DNA of 64,000 nucleotides from Sphingomicrobium sp. (lineage in GTDB: Bacteria; Pseudomonadota; Alphaproteobacteria; Sphingomonadales; Sphingomonadaceae), in NCBI GenBank assembly GCA_039918915.1, contig JBDSGQ010000042.1, positions 5,086 to 69,085 on the forward strand, in the 5' to 3' direction. Positions 47,028 to 57,170 of this stretch are shown one piece after another. Positions within the stretch are counted from its first letter, which is position 1. Every line of letters begins with the position of its first letter. The notes beneath the pieces were generated by a model. That model searched no databases. It had not been told where the DNA came from and saw nothing but the letters and a program-made list of their open reading frames with translations. Both the position numbers and the translations under genes were made by a program.

Positions 47028-48186
47028 AGCAGGCGGCCAGCTCGACGTGGGTCGACCAGCGGAACTGCCCGACCGGGTGGATCCACTGGAGCGCAAAACC
47101 CCCGGCGGTCAGCGCCTTGGCGTCACGCGCGAAGGTGCCGGGGTTGCAGCTGACATAAGCGATCCGCCCAACCGTGCTTCCAGCGAGCGCCCGCACCTGT
47201 TCCTCGGCGCCAGCGCGCGGCGGGTCCAGGACCACGCCATCGAACGGCGCCAGCTCCGCCGGATCGAGCGGCCGGCGGTACAGGTCGCGGTGTTCGACCG
47301 CGATCCGCGGCGCAGCCTGCTTGAGCGCAGCGGCGGCGTCGCGTGAAGCTTCGGCAGCATGGGTGGCCCCGACCGCCAGCGCGAATGTGCCGAGGCCCGC
47401 GAACAGATCGGCGGTTCGCGCGGCCTCCGCCACCACGGCGCGCGCGACCGCGATCAACGCCGCCTCGCCGTCTTCGGTTGCCTGCAGAAAGGCGCTCATC
47501 GGAAAGGCTACGGGAACACCCGACAGAGTGATCGTCACCGCGTGCGGCTGATAGAATGGCTCGGGCCCCAGCCCCTGGTCCACCGATAGCCGGGCAAGCC
47601 CATGTTTGCTGGCGAATGACGTCAGCGCTTCGATCGCTTCCAGTCCGCTCGGTTCGACGCCTTTCAGCAGCAGGTCGACGCCCTGATCGACCAGCGTCAT
47701 CTCGACTTCGGCCCCACCCTTTGGGCGCAGCAGGACGGCGAGCAGCTGGCGCAGCGGCTGCAGCAGCGCCAGCAATTCGGGCCGCAGGATAAAATTCTCG
47801 CGCATGTCGACGATTCGGTGCGATTTGGCGGCGTTGAAGCCGAGCAACACCCCTTGTGCCGTCCGCAACGCCCGCAGCGCAGCGCGGCGACGGCTGTTCG
47901 GCGGCGACAAGTGCGGCGAACGAATGTCCGTCGCCAGCCCATGCTGGTCCAGCGCGGTCGCGATCCGCGACACAACGTAATCCGCATAGGCCCAGTCGTC
48001 GGCATGCTGCAGCTGGCACCCGCCGCATTCCGGAAAGTGACGGCATGGTGGCGCCTGGTGGTGGGGGCCCGGCGCTACCGATCCATCGTCGCGGACAATA
48101 TCCCCCGGCACTGCCAACGGGACATGGCGCCCCGAAGCGGTAACTCCGTCGCCGCGCCCAGCGATGCGAACCACCTCTTCAGGCAT
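47017..48186 (-). CDS. Class I SAM-dependent RNA (uracil-5-)-methyltransferase, RumA/TrmA family
   Basis: Fe-S cysteine motif CRHFPECGGCQLQH. SAM motif DLFAGLGTF and C-terminal YVSCNP. Confidence 0.85.
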   Translation of the reverse strand: MPEEVVRIAGRGDGVTASGRHVPLAVPGDIVRDDGSVAPGPHHQAPPCRHFPECGGCQLQHADDWAYADYVVSRIATALDQHGLATDIRSPHLSPPNSRRRAALRALRTAQGVLLGFNAAKSHRIVDMRENFILRPELLALLQPLRQLLAVLLRPKGGAEVEMTLVDQGVDLLLKGVEPSGLEAIEALTSFASKHGLARLSVDQGLGPEPFYQPHAVTITLSGVPVAFPMSAFLQATEDGEAALIAVARAVVAEAARTADLFAGLGTFALAVGATHAAEASRDAAAALKQAAPRIAVEHRDLYRRPLDPAELAPFDGVVLDPPRAGAEEQVRALAGSTVGRIAYVSCNPGTFARDAKALTAGGFALQWIHPVGQFRWSTHVELAACFSR

Positions 48187-49546
48187 CGAGCGAGGCCAGC
48201 GCGGCCGGAATCGCCGCGGCCAGGTCGTCGGCAATCAAGCCAGGCCCGGCGATCTCCGCGGCGCGGCCGTGAAGCCAGACCCCGGCGCTGGCGGCTTCGA
48301 AAGCGGGCAGGCCGCGTGCCCGCAGCGCCGCGATCATCCCCGCCAGCACGTCGCCCGTTCCCGCCGTTGCAAGAGCGGCAGGTGCTGGTGGTGCGAAACC
48401 GACACGTCCGTCGGGGCTCGCCACCAGCGTGTCCGGGCCTTTGTAGACCACCACTGCCCCCGTCAGCTTCGCCGCGGCCAACGCCCGTTCGGCCTTGCTG
48501 CCTTCAAGCGCGCCGAACAGCCGTTCGAACTCGCCTTCGTGCGGAGTGATGATCGCATCCTGGCCGCGCAGCCGCTCCGGCTCGCCGAGATGGGTAATGC
48601 CGTCGGCATCGATGACCTTGGGCGCTTTTGACGTCAGTGCCAGCGTCAGGACCTGGGGAAGATCGCCCATTCCGGGACCAACCAGCAGACAGGTGATGCG
48701 CGGATCGTTCACTTCCGCGGTATCGGTTTGCACGACCGCTGCGGGCAAGCGCGCGATTTCCAGCGACGTACTGACGCGGACATAGCCGGCGCCGCAACGG
48801 GCGGCGGCCGTCGCTGCAAGCGCGATGGCTCCCGGCATCTTGCCCGCGAGCGCATGGACCAGCCCGCGCGAATATTTGTTGGCGTCGGGTGCCAGCGGCG
48901 GCAGCGTCGGCGCAGCAATCTCGTGCCAGACATTGTTCGCGTCGATCCCAATGTCGGCCAGCGCCACCCGTCCGCAGCGCCGCATTGCCGGTTGCAGGCG
49001 ATGCGCCGGTTTCAGGGCGCCGAACGTCACCGTCAGGTCAAAGCTCGGGACCGCGCCAAGCTCGGCCCCGCTGTCGCTTGCAACGCCGCTTGGAAGGTCG
49101 CACGCAATCGCTCGCCGGGATTGCTGGCAAAGCCGGAAAAGAGCTTTCGCTACAGCATCTTCCAGCTCGCGCTTCAGGCCGGTTCTGAATAAACAATCAA
49201 TCACCAACGTCGATGGCGCAGTGCTCGGGTTGAGCGGCTCGACGGCGCCCTTCCACAAGCCCCGGGCCCGTTGCGCGGCCGGAGTAATTGGCTCGCCGGC
49301 CGCTGCGACCCGCACCTCTACCCCGCGTTCGGCCAAAAACCGCGCGGCGACATAGCCGTCCCCGCCATTGTTGCCCGGCCCGCACAGGATCAGCGTCGGC
49401 ACTGGCCCAGCGAAACGCCGCGCAGCTTCGCCCAGCGCCGACCCGGCGCGCTCCATCAGGGTTTCGATACTGGTTCCACCATCGATCGCCGCCTGTTCGG
49501 CGGCCTGCATCGCGGCGGCAGTCAGGATTGGGCGCCCAGGCAACAT
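48179..49546 (-). CDS. nnr: Bifunctional NAD(P)H-hydrate epimerase / ADP-dependent dehydratase
   Basis: From ATG 49546: ...ILCGPGNNGGDGYVAARFL (YjeF N-terminal domain)...KYSRG...VIDADG...GTGDVLAG (carbohydrate-kinase domain). Confidence 0.9.
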   Translation of the reverse strand: MLPGRPILTAAAMQAAEQAAIDGGTSIETLMERAGSALGEAARRFAGPVPTLILCGPGNNGGDGYVAARFLAERGVEVRVAAAGEPITPAAQRARGLWKGAVEPLNPSTAPSTLVIDCLFRTGLKRELEDAVAKALFRLCQQSRRAIACDLPSGVASDSGAELGAVPSFDLTVTFGALKPAHRLQPAMRRCGRVALADIGIDANNVWHEIAAPTLPPLAPDANKYSRGLVHALAGKMPGAIALAATAAARCGAGYVRVSTSLEIARLPAAVVQTDTAEVNDPRITCLLVGPGMGDLPQVLTLALTSKAPKVIDADGITHLGEPERLRGQDAIITPHEGEFERLFGALEGSKAERALAAAKLTGAVVVYKGPDTLVASPDGRVGFAPPAPAALATAGTGDVLAGMIAALRARGLPAFEAASAGVWLHGRAAEIAGPGLIADDLAAAIPAALASLDA

Positions 49547-49556
49547 CGGGCGCGCC

Positions 49557-50387
49557 TTAGCGCAGGCTGGTCGCCAGGCGCCACCATTCCCGTGGAATCG
49601 CATCCGCGGCCAGGTCGCGCGCCGCGTCGCTTTCGAACAATGCGAAGCAGGTCGCTCCCGAACCAGACATCCGGACCAGCCCGGCGCCGGGGCGCGTGCC
49701 GAGCCACGCCAGGACGCTTTCGATTTGCGGCACCAGGCGACGGGCCGACATTTCCAGATCGTTGCGGCCATCCCGCCAGTCGGCGAGCGGACCGTGATCG
49801 ACGCCGTCCCACCCCGCGAACACGTCTGCGGTCGCCAGCGGCACGCGCGGATTCACCAGCAGGACCGGGGCCCCGGCAACTTCGGGAAGCGGGAATGGCC
49901 GCAATTGGTCGCCGGCCCCTTCCCCGCGCGCCGGCACACTCAGCAGGCAAGCCGGCACATCGCTTCCAAGCTGCGGCGCAACGGCCTGCGCATGCGCTGG
50001 ATCGATCCCCCACAGCGATGTCAGCAAGCGCAAGACCGCGGCTGCATCGGCGGACCCGCCACCCAGGCCCGACGATACCGGCAAGCGCTTTTCAAGCATG
50101 ATCGCGGCGCCGCCGGAATATCCCGCCCGCTTGCCCAATGCGCGCGCCGCGCGAAGCGCCAGATTATCTTCGTCGCCGGGAAGTTCGCCCGCAAACGGGC
50201 CAGTTACCACCAGGGAAAAATCGTCGGCGGCGGTCGCGCTGACCCGGTCGCCATCGATGCAGAACGCGAACAGCGTTTCAATCGCGTGGCGGCCATCGGG
50301 CAGCCGGCCGCGGACGTGAAGCGCCAGGTTCAGCTTGGCCGCTGCGATGTCGCGCGCCGTAGGTTCGCTTGCCGCGGCTTGGTTCAA
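49557..50387 (-). CDS. ispE: 4-(cytidine 5'-diphospho)-2-C-methyl-D-erythritol kinase
   Basis: AKLNLALHV...KRLPVSSGLGGGSADAAA...MSGSGATCFALF. TTG start overlaps the upstream stop. Confidence 0.9.
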   Translation of the reverse strand: MNQAAASEPTARDIAAAKLNLALHVRGRLPDGRHAIETLFAFCIDGDRVSATAADDFSLVVTGPFAGELPGDEDNLALRAARALGKRAGYSGGAAIMLEKRLPVSSGLGGGSADAAAVLRLLTSLWGIDPAHAQAVAPQLGSDVPACLLSVPARGEGAGDQLRPFPLPEVAGAPVLLVNPRVPLATADVFAGWDGVDHGPLADWRDGRNDLEMSARRLVPQIESVLAWLGTRPGAGLVRMSGSGATCFALFESDAARDLAADAIPREWWRLATSLR

Positions 50388-52021
50388 GGGGCTGCGTTCG
50401 CCGGCATCAGCCCGTTCGCAAGCTTGGCCTTGATCCGGCCCGCCATGTCATCTTCGGCGGTGATCAGCGCCGCGCCCCACGCAAACCGCGCCTCATAATG
50501 CCGGCCCGACTGGAACAAAGCGTCGCCCAGATGCTCCTGGATTTCAGCCTGGGCTGGGTCCTTTTCGGCCGCGCGTTGCAATGTTCCGATAGCGTCCGTG
50601 ACCTTGCCCCGCTTGAACTGGGCCCAGCCGAGCGAATCGATGATCGATGCATCGTCCGGGGCAAGCTCGCTCGCCTTGCGGATCATGGTTTCGGCGCCTT
50701 CGACGTCCTCGCCCCGCTCCAGCTTGGCATAACCGAGGAAGTTGAGCAGCAACGGCTGGTCCGGCGACAGCGCCAGGCCTTGCGCCAGTGCCGCTTTGCT
50801 CTCGGGCCAGCGGTGCGCGTCCTCAAGCGCGCTGGCATGGAGCAGATGCAGCCCCCACTGACTTTCCTTGGCCCCGCCGGCGCTGGCGGCGACAATCGCC
50901 CGGCGATAGGCGTCGGCGGCCAGGTCGAACCGCTTCATCGCTGCATAGACTTCGCCAAGGCGCGAATAATCGTCGGGGTCGACGGCTGGTCCCGCCACTG
51001 CCAAAGCCGCGATTTGATAGGCTTCGGTGAAGCGCTTCTGATCGACCAGAATGCGGACCTGGATATCGCGAACCGGAGAAATCAGGGGATCGTTGCGATC
51101 GATTGCGCCAAGCAGTGCCAGCGCTTCGTTCGACCGGTCCTGCTGGTTGAGCAGCAACGCCAGAAGCGCGGTTGCGCCGACGTTGCGCGGATCGGCATAG
51201 CGCGCGGCCTGGATCAGCCCGATCGGTGGCGCCACGTGCTGCATCCGCGCGAGGTCCGCGGAAAAAGCCGTCAGTGCCTCGCTCAGGGCTTCCGCTCCGG
51301 TGTCGATTGCCTGTCCGCCGGTGCGGCCCGCCTGGATTCGGGCCTGGGCGGCCAGAGCACCGCTGCCGATGCCGTCGATGATCATCAGCGCCCGGGCCTT
51401 GTCGCCTGCCTGCAAGAAGCCATCGGCAAACGCGAGCCGCAGCCGGTCTTCGCGCGCGCCGGCGCTGCCCACCGCCCGCCGGGCAAACGGCTCGGCATCG
51501 GCCGAGCGCTTGAACTTGAGCAGGATCAGCGCCCGCTGCTCCGCCGCCAACGGCGACAGCATGCTCCCCGTTCCGATCTGGTCGAGTGCTGCAAGCGCGC
51601 GATCGGCGCTACCCGCTTCGGCCGCATCCCAGGCGCTAATCAACGGTGCCAGGAAGCTGAGGTCGCCGGCCTCCTTGCTGGTCGCAAGCAGGGACAAAGC
51701 GCGGTCGGTCCGCCGATTGCGCATTTCGTCGGCAATCAGCAGCAGCCGCGCGTCGGTCGTCAGCTTGGTCGGCGGAACTGCACGGGCCAGCCGCAGCGCC
51801 AGGTCGAACTGGCCCGCGCCAAGCGCTTCGGCGAACGCCTTGCGGGCAAGATCCCCGTCGGGCTGGTTCTGGGCAAGCGCCGCCAGCAACTCGGCCGCCT
51901 GGCGATGATTGCCCCCGATCGCCGCGGCCCGCGCCTGGACGTAAGTCCGCAGCGGGTCGTTGGCCGACAGCGCCGTCGCACCGGCCGCAACCGGCGCCAG
52001 TGCACTGGCGATGACCGCCAC
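50384..52021 (-). CDS. Secreted tetratricopeptide-repeat protein
   Basis: TPR-like helical repeats throughout. The likely GTG start at 52021 gives the signal peptide (M)AVIASALAPVAAGATA; the ORF-track start 52228 would overlap ETF-QO. Confidence 0.75.
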   Translation of the reverse strand: MAVIASALAPVAAGATALSANDPLRTYVQARAAAIGGNHRQAAELLAALAQNQPDGDLARKAFAEALGAGQFDLALRLARAVPPTKLTTDARLLLIADEMRNRRTDRALSLLATSKEAGDLSFLAPLISAWDAAEAGSADRALAALDQIGTGSMLSPLAAEQRALILLKFKRSADAEPFARRAVGSAGAREDRLRLAFADGFLQAGDKARALMIIDGIGSGALAAQARIQAGRTGGQAIDTGAEALSEALTAFSADLARMQHVAPPIGLIQAARYADPRNVGATALLALLLNQQDRSNEALALLGAIDRNDPLISPVRDIQVRILVDQKRFTEAYQIAALAVAGPAVDPDDYSRLGEVYAAMKRFDLAADAYRRAIVAASAGGAKESQWGLHLLHASALEDAHRWPESKAALAQGLALSPDQPLLLNFLGYAKLERGEDVEGAETMIRKASELAPDDASIIDSLGWAQFKRGKVTDAIGTLQRAAEKDPAQAEIQEHLGDALFQSGRHYEARFAWGAALITAEDDMAGRIKAKLANGLMPANAAP

Positions 52022-52034
52022 TCCCGCAAGCCAT

Positions 52035-53684
52035 TTACATGTTCGGGTAATTTGGTCCTCCTCCGCCTTCCGGCGTGACCCAATTGATGTTCTGGGTCGG
52101 ATCCTTGATGTCGCAAGTCTTGCAGTGGACGCAGTTCTGGGCGTTGATCTGCAGCCTCGGCTCGCCATTCTCGCCATCCACGAATTCATAAACGCCGGCC
52201 GGGCAGTAACGCTGCTCGGGCCCGGCAAAGACCGGCAGGTTGATCGTGGTTGGTATGTCGCCGTCCTTGAGCGTCAGATGAACCGGCTGGTCTTCCTCGT
52301 GATTGGTGTTGGATACGAACACCGACGACAGGCGGTCGAAAGTCAGCACTCCGTCGGGCTTGGGATAGTCGATCGCCTTGGCCTTGGCCGACGGCACGGT
52401 CCGCGTATGATCGGCCTTGTGCTTGAGCGTCCACGGCACTCCGACCTTGAGCGAATTGAGCCACAAGTCGATGCCGGCGTATAGCGTTCCCCAGGTCCCG
52501 CCCATGTGCGCCACCGCCGGCTGGGCGTTGCGCACCGTTTTCAGCTCCTTGATAACCCAGCTCTTGTCGAGCGCTTCGGGATAGGCTTCCAGCAAGTCGG
52601 CCGAGCGGTCGGCGGCAATCGCTTCGAACGCGGCCTCGGCGGCGATCATCGCCGACTTCATCGCGGTATGCGTGCCCTTGATCCGCGGCACGTTGAGGAA
52701 CCCCGCCGAACAGCCGATCAGCGCTCCGCCCGGGAAGACCAATCGCGGAATGGCCTGATAACCGCCCTCATTGATCGCCCGCGCGCCATAGGACAGCCGC
52801 CGTCCGCCTTCGATCTCGGCGCGGACCGCGGGATGGGTCTTCCACCGCTGCATTTCCTCGAACGGCGACAGATAGGGATTGGAATAATCGAGAGCGACCA
52901 CGAAGCCGAGCGCGACCTGGCCGTTTTCCTGATGATAGACGAAGCCCCCGCCCCACGCGTCCTTGAGCGGCCATCCCTGGGTATGAATCACTCGGCCCGG
53001 CTTATGCCTGTCGGCAGGGACCTCCCACAACTCCTTGATCCCCAGGCCGAATGTTTGCGAACCGCATTCATCACGAAGTCCGAACAGCTCGGTCAGGCGC
53101 TTGGTCAAATGGCCGCGCGCGCCCTCCGCCAGGAAGGTATAGCGGGCGTGGATTTCCATACCCGGCTGGTAATCGGCGCGCCGGGTGCCCTCGCGCCCGA
53201 TCCCCATGTCGCCGGTCGCCACGCCTTTCAGCGACTGATCGTCGTTGAACAACAGCTCGGCCGCCGGGAAGCCGGGGAAAATTTCCACTCCCAGCTCTTC
53301 CGCCTGCCCTGCCAGCCAGCGGCAGAAATTGCCCAGGCTGAGGGTATAGGTGCCGCGGTTGCGCATGAACGGCGGCATCAGCACTTCCGGGATCGCCCGC
53401 TTCGCCTTTTTGCCGAGCACCCAGTGATGATTCTCGGTCACTGGAACGGTCAGCGGCGAACCGCGGTCCTTCCAGTCGGGAATCAGCTCGTCGAGCGCGA
53501 TCGGGTCGAGCACTGCGCCCGACAGGATGTGCGCGCCGACCTCGCTTCCTTTTTCCAGGATGCAGACCGAGATTTCGCGCTCTGCCTTGGCGGCGAGCTG
53601 CTTGAGACGGATCGCAGCGCTGAGCCCGGCCGGGCCGGCGCCAACGATGACCACGTCATATTGCATTGATTCGCGCTGAGTCAT
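52035..53684 (-). CDS. Electron-transfer flavoprotein:ubiquinone oxidoreductase
   Basis: YDVVIVGAGPAGLSAAIRL (FAD motif)...C-terminal 4Fe-4S motif CPAGVYE...INAQNCVHCKTCDIKDP. Confidence 0.95.
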   Translation of the reverse strand: MTQRESMQYDVVIVGAGPAGLSAAIRLKQLAAKAEREISVCILEKGSEVGAHILSGAVLDPIALDELIPDWKDRGSPLTVPVTENHHWVLGKKAKRAIPEVLMPPFMRNRGTYTLSLGNFCRWLAGQAEELGVEIFPGFPAAELLFNDDQSLKGVATGDMGIGREGTRRADYQPGMEIHARYTFLAEGARGHLTKRLTELFGLRDECGSQTFGLGIKELWEVPADRHKPGRVIHTQGWPLKDAWGGGFVYHQENGQVALGFVVALDYSNPYLSPFEEMQRWKTHPAVRAEIEGGRRLSYGARAINEGGYQAIPRLVFPGGALIGCSAGFLNVPRIKGTHTAMKSAMIAAEAAFEAIAADRSADLLEAYPEALDKSWVIKELKTVRNAQPAVAHMGGTWGTLYAGIDLWLNSLKVGVPWTLKHKADHTRTVPSAKAKAIDYPKPDGVLTFDRLSSVFVSNTNHEEDQPVHLTLKDGDIPTTINLPVFAGPEQRYCPAGVYEFVDGENGEPRLQINAQNCVHCKTCDIKDPTQNINWVTPEGGGGPNYPNM

Positions 53685-53809
53685 TCTCTCCCCAGGCGGC
53701 GCGGGTTCGCTCCAGTGGCTCAACCTCTCGTCGCGCCGGAGACTCGTTCTGCCTTTGTCTGCACTGCCAATTCCTTGACCGTGCCGTCAATGGCGCGGAG
53801 GAAAGAGCT

Positions 53810-54541
53810 GTGGGTGGGGACCTTGATACCATCGGCCGCGAATTGAGCTGGGCCGAAGCACGCAGCGCGCTGGCCTGGTGGCTGGAAGCGGGCGTCGACG
53901 TCGCCATCCAGGAAGCGCCGCGCGACTGGCTGGTGCCCGCGCCACCCGTGACCGCGCCCGCCGCGCTTGCCGATGCTCCGCCAGCGAATATCGTCGAACC
54001 GAGCCATGAGACCCTGGCCGAGCTTCAGCAATGGCTTGCCAGCAGCGCCGAATTGCCACTGGCCAGCGCCACCGCGAAGCGGGTTCTGCCGCATGGACCC
54101 GAAGATGCCGCGCTGATGGTGCTGGGCGATGCCCCGGCGCTTGAGGATTTCGCCGCCGGCCAGCCAATCGGCGGCGAAGCCTGGGCCCTGACCATAAAGA
54201 TGATGGCGGCAATCGGAATTGCGCCTGACCAGGCTTATGTCGCGTCGCTCGCCTGCTTTCACGTTCCCGGAGTGAAAATGTCCCCCGCGGATCGCGAAGC
54301 TTGCGCCCGGATTGCACTGCGCCACATCGCTTTGGCGCGGCCCAAGCGGTTGCTGCTGCTCGGCGATGGGCCGGCCCAGGGACTGCTGGGCAAGCCGCTG
54401 GTCCAGGCGCGCGGCCACGTGCACAAGGTTGAAGGTGTGCGCACCGTCGCGACCTTTCACCCGCGCCAGCTGATTAAGCGGCCATTGGACAAATCGCTCG
54501 CATGGCGGGATCTCCTGCTTCTGATGGAGGATGAATCGTGA
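53810..54541 (+). CDS. Uracil-DNA glycosylase superfamily protein (family 4-like)
   Basis: GTG 53810 is preceded by GGAGGA. ...LMVLGDAPALED...GEAWALTIKMMAAIG...ATFHPRQL. Confidence 0.75.
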   Translation: MGGDLDTIGRELSWAEARSALAWWLEAGVDVAIQEAPRDWLVPAPPVTAPAALADAPPANIVEPSHETLAELQQWLASSAELPLASATAKRVLPHGPEDAALMVLGDAPALEDFAAGQPIGGEAWALTIKMMAAIGIAPDQAYVASLACFHVPGVKMSPADREACARIALRHIALARPKRLLLLGDGPAQGLLGKPLVQARGHVHKVEGVRTVATFHPRQLIKRPLDKSLAWRDLLLLMEDES

Positions 54542-56313
54542 AGGCCGTTATTGTCCTGCCGCTCCTGCTCGCCGGTGCGGCTTGGCCGTCGGGCGCGCTG
54601 GCCCAACAATTCGATCCGCTGGCGCCACTGCCCCGCAGCGTTCCGCCGCAGCCGGCAAGGCCAGTCCCGCTTCAGCCAACCGTCGTTCAACCAGTGCCGG
54701 TGCCGGTGCCGGTGGCGACTATCGTCATACCCCGGGACTGGCGCGGCGTGTTCGACGCCATCGATACCGGCAATTGGCCCGCTGCCCAGGCCGGGATTGC
54801 GACGCTTCCCGCCAACATCCTGACGCCGGTTGCAAAAGCCGAGCTGTACACTGCCCGAAACTCACCCGCGGTCGATCTCGGATCGCTCCAGGCCCTGATT
54901 GCCCAGGCGCCGGAACTGCCCCAGGCGAACCAGCTCGCACTGATGGCGCTTCGGCGCGGTGCGATTCCTGCACCCCAGGTGATCCCGGAGCGCGCGACCG
55001 TTAACCTCGGCTCGGCGCCGGTTCGCTATCGCGCCCATCCGGTGCGGGGTGAACCTGCCGCGGACGCGCTGCGAAGCCTGCTCGACACCTACGTCAAAGC
55101 CGATGACGCGGCTGGAGCGGAAGCGCAGCTGGCCGTCGCCGCACCGCAGCTTTCAGCCAATGCCCGCGCCGAAGCGGGGCAACGGGTGGCGTTCGCCTAT
55201 TACGTCCTTGGCCGGGATTATGACGCGCGGCGCGTGGCGGAGACGTGGCGCGCCGGAGCGACGGGCGACTGGGCGAGCCAGGCGGCCTGGCTATCCGGTC
55301 TCGCATCGTGGCGGCTCAACGACTTCAATTCGGCCTCCGTCGCTTTCCAGCAGGCAGCGGCGCTGGCCGAGCAACGCGAGCTTCGTTCCGGCGCCTTCTA
55401 TTGGGCGGCGCGGTGCGAACAAGCGGTGGGAAGGCCGCAGTCGGTCGAAGGGCTGATGCGGGCCGCGGCGGCATCTCCGGAAAGTTTCTACGGACTGATT
55501 GCCCGCGAATCGCTGGGCATGGAGACACGGCTGGCGGGTACTCCGTCCAACAACTTCGATCCCCCTGTCGCGCAATACATCAATGTCAAACGCGCGACCG
55601 AGCTGGCGCGGATCGGCGAAGTCGCGCTTGCTGAAGATATGCTTCGGCACCAGGCCAAGATCGGCGCGCCGAGCGAACATCACGCATTGATTCAAACGGC
55701 GAAGCGGCTCGACTTGCCGGCCGCGCAGCTATGGCTCGCCACCAACGGCCAGCCCGGTGCCCGTTCGGATCCGGCGGATCGCTATCCCAACCCGCGCTGG
55801 GCGCCGCTCACGGGGTGGCGTGTCGATCCCGCGCTGGCGTTCGGGCACATCGTCCAGGAATCCTCGTTTCGCCGGAGCGCCGTCAGCGCCGCCGGAGCGG
55901 TCGGATTGATGCAGGTGCGGCCGATGACTGCGCAGGAGGTCGCGCAGCGTCGCGGCGTTCCTTATTCGCGCGCCAGTTTGACCGATCCGCGCTTCAACCT
56001 CGAATTCGGGCAAAGCTTCATCGAAAAAATGCGGCAATCGTCGGGCACTGCTGGCCAGCTTCCACGAGTGATTGCGTCATACAATGCGGGACCCCTGCCC
56101 GTGTCGCGCTGGGCCGGCATCAACGACAAGGGCGACCCGCTGCTGTGGATCGAATCGATCCCCTATTGGGAAACCCGCTATTACGTCCCGGCAGTGATGC
56201 GGAACATGTGGGTTTACCAGGGCCTCAATCGCGAACAGGCGGTCAGCCTCAAGGACATCGCCCAGCATCGCTGGCCGGCCTTCCCGACGGGCATGACGAC
56301 GTTGTCCCATTAA
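54538..56313 (+). CDS. Soluble lytic murein transglycosylase (Slt family)
   Basis: Signal peptide MKAVIVLPLLLAGAAWPSGALA, a superhelical N-terminal region, and an SLT catalytic region IVQESSFRRSAVSAAGAVGLMQV...SYNAGP. Confidence 0.85.
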   Translation: MKAVIVLPLLLAGAAWPSGALAQQFDPLAPLPRSVPPQPARPVPLQPTVVQPVPVPVPVATIVIPRDWRGVFDAIDTGNWPAAQAGIATLPANILTPVAKAELYTARNSPAVDLGSLQALIAQAPELPQANQLALMALRRGAIPAPQVIPERATVNLGSAPVRYRAHPVRGEPAADALRSLLDTYVKADDAAGAEAQLAVAAPQLSANARAEAGQRVAFAYYVLGRDYDARRVAETWRAGATGDWASQAAWLSGLASWRLNDFNSASVAFQQAAALAEQRELRSGAFYWAARCEQAVGRPQSVEGLMRAAAASPESFYGLIARESLGMETRLAGTPSNNFDPPVAQYINVKRATELARIGEVALAEDMLRHQAKIGAPSEHHALIQTAKRLDLPAAQLWLATNGQPGARSDPADRYPNPRWAPLTGWRVDPALAFGHIVQESSFRRSAVSAAGAVGLMQVRPMTAQEVAQRRGVPYSRASLTDPRFNLEFGQSFIEKMRQSSGTAGQLPRVIASYNAGPLPVSRWAGINDKGDPLLWIESIPYWETRYYVPAVMRNMWVYQGLNREQAVSLKDIAQHRWPAFPTGMTTLSH

Positions 56314-56318
56314 GCAAC

Positions 56319-56381
56319 GCGCAACTTTTTAGTTGCGTTTTCGCCAGGGCCGTCGCAATATGCAACTTGGAGGTTGCATAT
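56319..56381. promoter_or_regulatory. Two GCAAC-N6-GTTGC dyads upstream of the SRPBCC-ArsR operon (candidate ArsR-family operators)
   Basis: CGCAAC-TTTTTA-GTTGCG (56319..56336) and ATATGCAAC-TTGGAG-GTTGCATAT (56358..56381). Centres are 42 bp apart. The second covers the SD (GGAG) and the first two bases of the ATG at 56380. Confidence 0.4.
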
Positions 56382-56823
56382 GAACGATTCAATTCACGAA
56401 ACTTCACACATTCCGGTGCCGATTGAACGCGTGTGGCGCGCCGTTTCCGACTATAAGGAGTTCGGCGAGTGGTTCCGGGTCCGCCTCGACCAGCCGTTCG
56501 TCGCGGGGGAGAGTTCGACCGGCCAGATGACGGTTCCGGGATATGAACATATCCGCTGGAACGCGGAGGTCGTCGCCGTCGAACCGCCGCGTCGGCTGGC
56601 GTTTCGCTGGCACCCTTATGCCCTCGATCCGGACGTGGATTATTCGCTCGAGCCAATGACGCTGGTGGAAATCAGCCTCGCCGAGCGCGATGGCGGGACC
56701 GAGGTGCAAGTCACCGAAAGCGGCTTCGCTGCGATCCCCGAACATCGCCGCGACGAGGCCTTCCGAATGAACAGCAAGGGGTGGGCCGCGCAGCTCAAGA
56801 ACATCGCGCAATACCTTGGCTGA
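56380..56823 (+). CDS. SRPBCC (Aha1/START-like) domain protein
   Basis: IPVPIERVWRAVSDYKEFGEWF...RLAFRWHP. This family is commonly paired with ArsR regulators. Confidence 0.8.
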   Translation: MNDSIHETSHIPVPIERVWRAVSDYKEFGEWFRVRLDQPFVAGESSTGQMTVPGYEHIRWNAEVVAVEPPRRLAFRWHPYALDPDVDYSLEPMTLVEISLAERDGGTEVQVTESGFAAIPEHRRDEAFRMNSKGWAAQLKNIAQYLG

Positions 56824-57130
56824 CCCGGCCGCGACCTTCTCGGCGCTCGGTGACCCGACCAGGCTGGCCATCGTCGACCGCCTGGCGCATTCGGCCGATT
56901 GCTCGATCCACGAGCTTTCGGCCGACTTTCCGATCAGCCGCCAGGCCATGTCCAAGCATCTGCGCGTCCTCGAACAGGCGCGGATAGTGCGGTCCGGCCG
57001 CTTTGGCCGGGAGGTCCGCTTCCGGCTTGAACAGGCCGAACTGGAACGCGCGCAGGCTTTCCTCGGTCGCGTCGCGGCGCAGTGGCAAGGCGCCCTCCAC
57101 CGGCTCGCAAAACATCTCGACAGCGATTGA
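56816..57130 (+). CDS. ArsR/SmtB family transcriptional regulator
   Basis: FSALGDPTRLAIVDRLA....SIHELSADFPISRQAMSKHLRVLEQARIV. TTG start overlaps the upstream stop. Confidence 0.85.
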   Translation: MADPAATFSALGDPTRLAIVDRLAHSADCSIHELSADFPISRQAMSKHLRVLEQARIVRSGRFGREVRFRLEQAELERAQAFLGRVAAQWQGALHRLAKHLDSD

Positions 57131-57170
57131 TGTTCTTGTTTCGTTCCCGGCCAAGCATTAGCTTTGCGCA

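Noticed and set aside
50369-52078. 569-aa plus-strand ORF, and similar long ORFs at 10453..11940, 18087..19604, 44127..45602, 56934..58268, 17062..18360, 25205..26428 and 52506..53669
   Set aside because: Each is antisense to a gene with strong family signatures (TPR protein, BlaR1-like, tatD/MBL, ODC/DHS, radical SAM, metG, ntrY, ETF-QO). None has recognisable motifs.
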